The position numbers were made by a program, and so were the translations under genes. 64,000 nucleotides of DNA from Hydrurus foetidus. Lineage: Eukaryota. The stretch lies in assembly GCA_900617105.1 (NCBI GenBank), contig UYFQ01000444.1, forward strand, positions 1-64,000, given 5' to 3'. Position 1 is the first letter of the stretch; every line of letters begins with the position of its first letter. Below, piece after piece: positions 56,062-64,000 of the stretch. Below the pieces are notes generated by a model, which searched no databases, was not told the DNA's origin, and saw only the letters and a program-made list of their open reading frames with translations.

Positions 56062-56625
56062 ATGGAACCACAGCAGAATCTTAAAGACAGCAGAGCCCAC
56101 GAAGTACATGCTCAGGCAGTCTATGCTGCACCATCTGCACCAGGCTCAAATGACGCGATGCTAGCTATGGTAGGACAAATGAGAAACGAGGCGGCCGCCG
56201 ACAGACAAGCCGCTGCCGCCGACCGCGAGAGGGCAGCTGATGAGCGTCGACTTCATGAGCAGAATCAGCAGCGCAATTTGCAGCACCCAGCGCAGCAACA
56301 GCAGCCAATGCCTTACGGTCAACCGCAATACCAGCAGCCAATGGGACAAGGCACAACCACAGTTGTTCAAATACCTAATGATGACATCGATCACTGTCAA
56401 CATTTTGTGTGCTGTTTATTCCTTGGCGGGTAAGATGAATATGCCCTGAATATTCATCCAACAGTGCTTCTCGTCCTCATCCTTATCCTCATCTTTTTCA
56501 CTTGTTTCCACGACAGATTTTGGACGCCATTTTGGCTCTTGGCATGTATCATACCTGGCTTTTGCCCAACTCCGTGCAGTTGCAATCAGCAGCAGAAAAC
56601 AGTCGTAATCACGAGGAACCCATGA
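56062..56625 (+). CDS. Small Gln/Pro-rich, Cys-rich protein, paralog 2
   Basis: Direct-repeat paralog of 50637-51176 with the same intron; ends ...VVITRNP*. Confidence 0.75.
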
Positions 56626-58407
56626 CACCTTACATTCCTTGTCCACGGCAGCGAGAAAAGCCCCTTCCGTGTATTTTATGTAACACCTCCCTTTCTGACA
56701 GCAACGGTTACTGAGCATATTTTTTCTACATTACTGTACTTGTCAAAAACACCGTATGTGTTTACTCTGAAATGTCATTATTTCGCATTCCCTGCGTACG
56801 GCTACCCCCTCGCCTTTACAATTTCAAAAAGAAATTGACATTCATATGGTTTTTGTCACCGGTGTGATTAAGTTTAACATATTCAATTAGGATGAATTTT
56901 ATAGTGTAGTGGGATAAATCAAACTTTAAGCACTTCCAGGCATCTAACTGTACAGTAGAGATTTTTAAACAGATTAAACAACTTAAACAAAAACAAACAG
57001 CATTTTCGTGACCATTTTTGCATTTACGAAATGATTCTAGAAATGACACGGAAATCGCCCAGACCTGCACTAGTTCTATCCCCTTTCTTTCAGGTCTGCT
57101 TTTTAGACCTGAATTAGTTCTTTTTCTCAGAATTCTCTCTAAGTTTGAAGTGATAGCAACTTGTTCTCATTCACTCTAGTTGTGCGAAGCAGCTCTCTGC
57201 TCTCAGCAGTACACATTCTGGTGTGCACAAGAACTGGCTTCGGTTTCGGGGGGTAACGCATACTCTCAATCCTAACGATTATCAGTTGAATGGTAATAGT
57301 GGATGAATGAAATCTAATTGATTATTATAGTGACATTATGATAGCAATGTCACGATTGAATTGTGTGACCCCTTTCAACTGTCGCAATCTCATGCATGAA
57401 CTTGTAGGGGAAATTGCTAGGATTGCAATCGGTTTGTATTCCGTACAGATGCAGAATAACAAGGAAAAAGAGCACCGTACAGTACCGTACCTATCCAATC
57501 GTATTTGCGATCGTTCCCTTATGTACGATTCATGTTGTTCCCTCCTCGGTAACGAGGGTGCGCTGAAAGAACGAGGAAAGGTCCGAGAAAAGCTATCCAA
57601 CTCTACTCTCCTCCTTTAAGTGAACAGATTGTAATCATCAGAAAACAGAAGTAATTGATAATTTAAAGTACAACATGCAGCGCACATGATCTGGTAACAT
57701 CATAGCTTTTTCTCCACGAAACACGAACCTGTGCGATTGTATTTCCCTTGACTTAATGGCATCATCAAGCTTCTAGAAAATAAATTTCACATGATATTTG
57801 AGTTGAAATCGGCGCACATTACGTCAATTTTTGCTACTTCGCATGCGCACCTGAACCACATTCACACTTTTCTTCCCAGTCAAATAAAAGGCGCTCTCTG
57901 GCGCCACTTGTTCGGCGGACTCCAACTTTACGTCTACATGGCTCATATCCGACAAGTAAAGAGGACTGGACAGAAACGAAGAAGTTGCCCCTAGGTTGAC
58001 CGATTAATTATGGCTCGTTTTGAGTAATGTCACGGTAGACGCAGTTAGAGATGATGACAAATGAATGAGCTTAAGTACCAGAGCCTGAGTTGCCATGAGA
58101 AGCCCGACATGTCATTATGTCTAAATAGCGACCAGTTGAAGACATTTGGAATGGATCTCGAGCGACACTCTTATCACGTCGGTGCTGTCACCCTCTCAAA
58201 AGCTTTCTCACTGAAAGGTGAGATAACTTGTGCCCATCAGACGCTGCGCTTGGCGGAAATGAGAGCAAGCTGCATTGTTTGAGCAAGAGCTACCCTGCGT
58301 GAGCTGAAGAATCATGCCTTTAACCATTGTTACACGTCGTCTCAGTTCTCAATGTTCCTCCAGCTCAAGCTTCCTGCTCGGGAACTGAACAAAAGTTGAA
58401 GCCATAG

Positions 58408-58760
58408 TGTAGTAATATCAGTATTATGTAGATTAGATATTCCGTATACGAATTGTGATGCTATTATCTGTATTTCATATTTGAACCACACGTACGGTGT
58501 TGCACTACAGCAGTACCGTACTACATACGATATGACGTATTTGATCTAGGATAGCCATCAACCTGTTGCGACAACTACCGACTACACTCGACTACTACTG
58601 CGTTGCAGCAGTGCTAATTAACCCAAACTCGTAGCCGACAGCGAAACTTCTCTTCTGAGTCCAGACAGAGCGAGTGAAGCCGCATCGGAGAGTGCAGTGG
58701 GGAGCTTGTGACCAACCGTATGGGACATACGGCACACCTTTAAGTCCACTTTTCACAACA
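58408..58760 (+). repeat. Putative 5' LTR
   Basis: TGTAGT...ACAACA imperfect inverted ends just upstream of gag. The 3' LTR is outside the window, so this is unconfirmed. Confidence 0.5.
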
Positions 58761-58797
58761 TAATTAGCACCATCGTTTGCAACAAGAAGTTGCCACG

Positions 58798-60015
58798 ATG
58801 AAAGGACGTGGAAGTCCCCAACAGGGACGTGGACGAGGCTATTTTGTCGGTCGTGGTGGGAGAGGATCTCCAGCGACGCCATACCACAACCGTGGAAACA
58901 TTCCAACAATCGGAGCATATTTGGATCTACCACCTGGGAAGGACATTGCCCACGGAACGGTTACCAAATGGATGGCCAAATTAAAGGAATACGCCATGAC
59001 AACTTTCAAATCGAGAGTTAGCATGATATTCGGTGCAGATGGAACTTTGGGTGATTACCCAGTATATGCTGTACCAGAGCAACCAGAGGACGGAGCAACT
59101 GTCTATGACAGAAAAATATGGGAACTCCAGATGGTAGATTATAGTAAAAACGTAAAGACTCTCGAAGAGGACAAAGGAAATTTATATGGAGCTATGCTCG
59201 GACAAATGTCCGACAGCTCGAAAACAAGAGTGTCAGAGATTCAAGCAGGAGTGGAAGCTGAGAATGAGTTCGAGCCTAGAAAGCTACTTCAAGCTATTCT
59301 AGCTACTCATATAGGAGACTCCACACTGGGAGTGGAACACCAGATGTTTATGATTACCCAACGGTATCATAACCTGGTGATGGGACAGCACGAAAACCTG
59401 AGCATGTATTTAACGAATACTAAATCAGCGCTCACGGCGATTCAACAAGCTTACGAGATGGCTGGTAGAGGAGGACTGGACGATACCTATCCGGAAAAGC
59501 AAATGTCCGTCAAGTTTATTCTGGGACTCAATAATTCATATACTGAATTCCGATCGTTTTTTACCAACGGTCTGAAACCATGGCCTGACTCCCTAGAAGT
59601 AGCATACCAGGAGGCGGCAAAATATAATCCCAAGAGAGCAGCAGCAAATTCGCCAGCAGCCATGGAAAGAGCGAATGCCTTCGCCATGACTGGCAGAGGA
59701 GGAAAGGGAGGCCGTGGCGGCTATCCCGGAGGGCACAAAGGAAAGAGTGCTCCTAATGCCAAGTGGGTGAAGGATGGAGCAGACTCTCCTGAAGGAAGCA
59801 ACAGCGAGAAGGGATCTCCCATCGCGGCCTACACGTCCAACAAATCCCCACCAGCGGGGTACAAACGTGGTCCATGCAACAACTGCGGCAAATACGGACA
59901 TCTGGCGTATGAGTGCAGAGGAGAACCAGCTGACTCTCACGTTGAGTACTGGAAGGATCCGGGACCGAGATCCCCTGGGGGAAAACCCAACACACCACCT
60001 GGGAAGGGAAAGTAA
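58798..60015 (+). CDS. gag: Gag with CCHC zinc knuckle
   Basis: CNNCGKYGHLAYEC, KFILGL and RGG-rich segments. Confidence 0.92.
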   Translation: MKGRGSPQQGRGRGYFVGRGGRGSPATPYHNRGNIPTIGAYLDLPPGKDIAHGTVTKWMAKLKEYAMTTFKSRVSMIFGADGTLGDYPVYAVPEQPEDGATVYDRKIWELQMVDYSKNVKTLEEDKGNLYGAMLGQMSDSSKTRVSEIQAGVEAENEFEPRKLLQAILATHIGDSTLGVEHQMFMITQRYHNLVMGQHENLSMYLTNTKSALTAIQQAYEMAGRGGLDDTYPEKQMSVKFILGLNNSYTEFRSFFTNGLKPWPDSLEVAYQEAAKYNPKRAAANSPAAMERANAFAMTGRGGKGGRGGYPGGHKGKSAPNAKWVKDGADSPEGSNSEKGSPIAAYTSNKSPPAGYKRGPCNNCGKYGHLAYECRGEPADSHVEYWKDPGPRSPGGKPNTPPGKGK

Positions 60016-62225
60016 GTGGTATACATGATTCTGTACATGATGACTCAGTTAGAAATGTTGATATTGATATGACTCGTGATAAAATGAAATTAAAAAAACA
60101 TGTGCGATTTTCTGACTGTATATATATAAAAATTATAGATGATCCAATGCCGAAAATAAAGACAGCCGTAATTGATAGTGCAGTTTTTAGTTTAGATATA
60201 ACAAATGATTCTGATGTTTTTGCTGATAATCAATTGTTGCTTGACACATGCGCTGGCGAATCTGTTTTTAGAACTGCTACACTGTTCTATGACATAGTGC
60301 CTGCTGATACACCCATGGTAGTTAATGGAGTTAACAGTAGAGGAGAGCCGTTGGTAATCAGAGAACGCGGGACGACGGATTTTGGATTAGTTTACTTTGA
60401 CCCATATTGTATAGCTAATATCTTGTCTTTTGCTAATATGGTAAATAATTGTTACTCTATGAAGTATAGTAGTGGGGGCGATTTTTATAGTTTGCAAATT
60501 AAAATGGGCGGATGTTGCTACTATTTCAATAGAGATGTAAAATACAATATATATATATGTAATTTAGACACAATGGTAAGTAAGCCTAAGTTAATGTTAG
60601 TCACAACAGTGACAGATAAGATGAAGAAATACACAGTTAGACAGGTAAAACAAGCTGAGTTAGCTAGAGAATATCAGAGGAAATTAGGATACGCCAGTCC
60701 TGGTCAGGTAATTAAGCTGATAGGACAGGGGAAACTAGTTAACAGCGATATTACAGCACAAGACGTAGTTAGATCTTTGGATATCTGGGGTCCTGACTTA
60801 GGCACCCTAAAGGGAAAAACGCCAAGCCATCAGGCACAGGTTGAAGAAGAACAACCATTGTTAGATAACATACAAGACAGAGATCAGATTATGTACATAG
60901 ATATTATGTTTGTTAACGGCAATCCATTTCTAATTGCCGTTGTAAAGCCATTAGAGTACGTTATGGTGAATAAGTTGAATAATAGAGCTAATCTTACACT
61001 ATGGACTAGCTTAGAGAGCGATATCAGACACATAACTAAGTATGGATTCAGTTTAAATTTAGTTAGAGTTGATGGAGAGGGCGCCATCAATTCAGTATGG
61101 TTTGAGACTAAGTTAGCTACAATAGGTACTGCATTAGACACGACAGGTGCAGGTGAGGCAGTTACCGTAGTTGAGCGTAAGATCAGACAGATTAAAGAAA
61201 GAGTTAGAGCAGTAATCAATACACTACCATTTAGATTAACGGAGAAGTTAGAAGGATGGTTAGTTAGATATGCTGTTAACCGTATAGTGTTAGTTCCGAC
61301 AAGGAACACCGTAGACTACGTCAGCCCCAGAGAGAAACTATACGGTAGGAAGATAAATGTAGATAAAGAACTGAAACACGGTTTTGGTGACTATGTACAA
61401 GTGCATTCTGATAATATTGATAATAGTAATAAAGCCAGAACTTCAGGTGCCATCGCTCTAATGAGTGCAGGCAATCTAGAAGGATCTTGGTATTACATGT
61501 TACTCAGTAATGAACAGATAGTTAAACGCACTAAAGCCACATCACTACCTATGCCTGATGAAGTTATTACTTACCTAAATGGATTATCTGATAAGAGAAA
61601 CATTAATAAGGGTAATAACACTAATCAACCTGTATTTGAACAGAATAGGCGGGTGATTGATGATGATGGACTTGATTATGATGATCATAAAATCTATAAT
61701 AATAATATGAGAAGATTTAGCAATTCACACATACCACATTCAGATGAAATGTATGATGACTCATATGATGTTGAACCACATGTGATACCTGAACTGCCTG
61801 ATGTGCCAGTGATGACTGATGAAAATAATATTAATGATATGCCTGATAATGATGCCATGATGGATGATTATGCAGTGCAGCTAGATACTGATGATGCTGA
61901 TTTTGAACCTGTTGAACATGACGATGTTGCGATGGAATATGATGCACCTGATGTAAACAGCACGTACGTTGATGACAATGTACTTACATATGATGAAACT
62001 GTTGATGCCATAGAAGATACGTACACAGTAGATGACGTACTTACAGATGAACTACCTGAGATAGAACAGCCTGCTTTGAGACGTAGCGCTAGAAATCACC
62101 AGCCAGGTAGATGGGCATCCAACAGAGGAAATAGGAACATAGGATGCTGTATACCTGAAGTGTTGCACCGCCTTGATTGTTCATATGCTTTTAACATGAC
62201 TGAAGATGAATCGATGATTATGTGA
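59946..62225 (+). CDS. pol: Pol, N-terminal part (protease, integrase), in the -1 frame relative to gag
   Basis: LLDTCAGESV protease motif; integrase D-D-E (YIDIMF, VRVDGEG, VVERKIR); frame open from 59946. Confidence 0.9.
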   Translation, partial: VLEGSGTEIPWGKTQHTTWEGKVSGIHDSVHDDSVRNVDIDMTRDKMKLKKHVRFSDCIYIKIIDDPMPKIKTAVIDSAVFSLDITNDSDVFADNQLLLDTCAGESVFRTATLFYDIVPADTPMVVNGVNSRGEPLVIRERGTTDFGLVYFDPYCIANILSFANMVNNCYSMKYSSGGDFYSLQIKMGGCCYYFNRDVKYNIYICNLDTMVSKPKLMLVTTVTDKMKKYTVRQVKQAELAREYQRKLGYASPGQVIKLIGQGKLVNSDITAQDVVRSLDIWGPDLGTLKGKTPSHQAQVEEEQPLLDNIQDRDQIMYIDIMFVNGNPFLIAVVKPLEYVMVNKLNNRANLTLWTSLESDIRHITKYGFSLNLVRVDGEGAINSVWFETKLATIGTALDTTGAGEAVTVVERKIRQIKERVRAVINTLPFRLTEKLEGWLVRYAVNRIVLVPTRNTVDYVSPREKLYGRKINVDKELKHGFGDYVQVHSDNIDNSNKARTSGAIALMSAGNLEGSWYYMLLSNEQIVKRTKATSLPMPDEVITYLNGLSDKRNINKGNNTNQPVFEQNRRVIDDDGLDYDDHKIYNNNMRRFSNSHIPHSDEMYDDSYDVEPHVIPELPDVPVMTDENNINDMPDNDAMMDDYAVQLDTDDADFEPVEHDDVAMEYDAPDVNSTYVDDNVLTYDETVDAIEDTYTVDDVLTDELPEIEQPALRRSARNHQPGRWASNRGNRNIGCCIPEVLHRLDCSYAFNMTEDESMIM

Positions 62226-62491
62226 TATGTAGAACAGTCACGATACTGATAACGATGTTGACTAGTATGACAAATGAGACTGTCATATGATATGAAGATA
62301 AGAATAGGACAAGATACAGTAACTATGAAAGATGAGCACTGAATTGTAGACAGAAGTATGAGAGTAGATAACATCACACAGTAGATGGATCTACAGAGAG
62401 AAATAGGAAACATAGAAGTTATGACTGAATATACTGATCAACAGTTGATGATGTTCATATGCTTATATAAGATAATTCATAGATTAGTTAA

Positions 62492-64000
62492 GACGGTATC
62501 GATAAGTTAGGTGATATAGCTATCGATTCCATTAGGAAAGAAATGCAACAGATGTGCGAGAAAGATGTGTGGGAAGGAGTGTTGATCAACTCACTAACAC
62601 CATTACAACGTAACAACATCATAACCAGTAGTATGTTTTTAAAAGATAAGTATACTGCAGAAGGTAAATTCGATAAGTTAAAATCGAGATTAGTTGCAGG
62701 AGGTCATTTACAGGATAGAGATATTTACGATAACGGCTCATCACCTACAGTTAGCACCACTAGTGTGTTCATAATTGCTTCAATTGCTGCGAAAGAGAAT
62801 AGATCATTAGCTACGATAGATTTTCCAGGAGCATTTTTAAATAGCGATATGCCACTAGAGGGTAGTCACACTGTGTTTATGAGATTGAATAAATATTTGA
62901 CTGGAGTTTTGACGTCCATTGATAAATCATATATGAAATATGTTAATGATAAGGGCACATGCATTGTTAAATTAAAGAAAGCATTGTATGGATGTGTTGA
63001 ATCTGCAAAATTGTGGTACGATAAAATTTCACATGACTTGTCCGTGTTAGGGTATACTGCTAATGCATATGACATGTGCGTATTCAATCGAACTGAAAAT
63101 AATAAATCACAAACCACACTGATAATTCACGTGGATGATATGATGATATCATGTTGCAGTGACAGATATGTTGATATGGTGATTGATGAAATCGAAATAC
63201 TATATCCCGGACTAACAAAACATCGAGGAAAAATACTTAATTATATAGGTATGACTTTTAACTTCGAGACAGCGGGACAAGTGAAGATAACAATGGAAGG
63301 ATTTATCAAAGAGCTGCTAGAAGACTGCAAAGAGATTTTAGGGGTGGCACCGACACCGGCCAAGCCGGATTTATTTACGGTTAAACCGGACACCTCTAAC
63401 TCACTACTAACCACTTCTGCTCGTGAGTTCTTTCATTCCATTACAGCGAAGCTGCTATACTTAAGCAAAAGAGCGAGGCCGGATATTCTGACGCCGGTAG
63501 CGTTCCTGACGAAGCGGGTGACGAAACCACAAGTGGACGACTTGAAAAAGCTGGAACGTACCATACAGTACGTACGCCACACTAGAGACCTTGGCCTCAC
63601 ACTACAGATAGAGGACCCCACCACCGTTACATGCTACGTTGATGCTTCCTACGGAGTACATCACGACATGAAGAGTCACACAGGAAGCGCCATCACATTA
63701 GGGAAAGGCGTAGTGTATGCTAAGAGTTCAACTCAAAAGCTAACCACGAAGTCAAGTACCGAAGCCGAGCTAGTAGGACTTAGCGACTCAGCCAACCAAG
63801 TGCTATGGACCAGACTATTCCTCATCAATCAAGGATATGAAGACAGGAGCGCCATCATATTTCAAGACAATAAATCCACCATCCAACTGATCAACAACGG
63901 TCGCTCCAACAGCGAACGTACGCGGCATATCGATATCCGGTATTTCTTCCTACATGACCGGATAAAAGAACGCGAAATCACCATCAGTTACAAATCAACC
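62492..64000 (+). CDS. pol: Pol, C-terminal part (reverse transcriptase, RNase H); open to the window end
   Basis: KSRLVAGG, TIDFPGAFL, LKKALYG, IHVDDM, YVDASY, STEAELV, QDNKSTI and TRHIDIRY. Absent from the ORF track, probably because there is no stop within the window. Confidence 0.92.

Larger units (their letters stand above)
58408..64000 (+). mobile_element. Ty1/copia LTR retrotransposon (CoDi-like), cut by the window end
   Basis: Domain order gag-PR-IN-RT-RH. Confidence 0.95.

Noticed and set aside
57791..58400. Protein-like fragments upstream of the LTR
   Set aside because: Short, stop-interrupted and without a recognisable motif; a call cannot be supported.

Overview
Intron-rich eukaryotic DNA. 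Plastid-type bipartite targeting signals, a helmchrome-like gene and a CoDi-like copia element point to a photosynthetic stramenopile (ochrophyte); the taxon is inferred. Genes, left to right: 3' part of a Trf4/TENT4-type non-canonical poly(A) polymerase; a stop-interrupted orphan ORF; a putative plastid-targeted protein; a basic, probably mitochondrial protein; a small membrane protein; a plastid acylphosphatase-like protein; a signal-peptide TPR-GT41 (OGT/SPINDLY-like) glycosyltransferase followed by a decayed GT4 domain; PP1 catalytic subunit; a 12.7 kb RGS-LOV-RGS-LOV-RGS-PAS photoreceptor-like gene; and two paralogous Gln/Cys-rich small genes flanking a PIF/Harbinger transposon. A Ty1/copia retrotransposon runs off the right end. 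There are three MITE families, a 50-bp minisatellite and many microsatellites. Best leads: the RGS/LOV protein, the eroding GT41-GT4 fusion, the copia gag-pol junction and primer site, and an A-B-A-X-B split-repeat element. Exon boundaries were read by eye and no searches were run.
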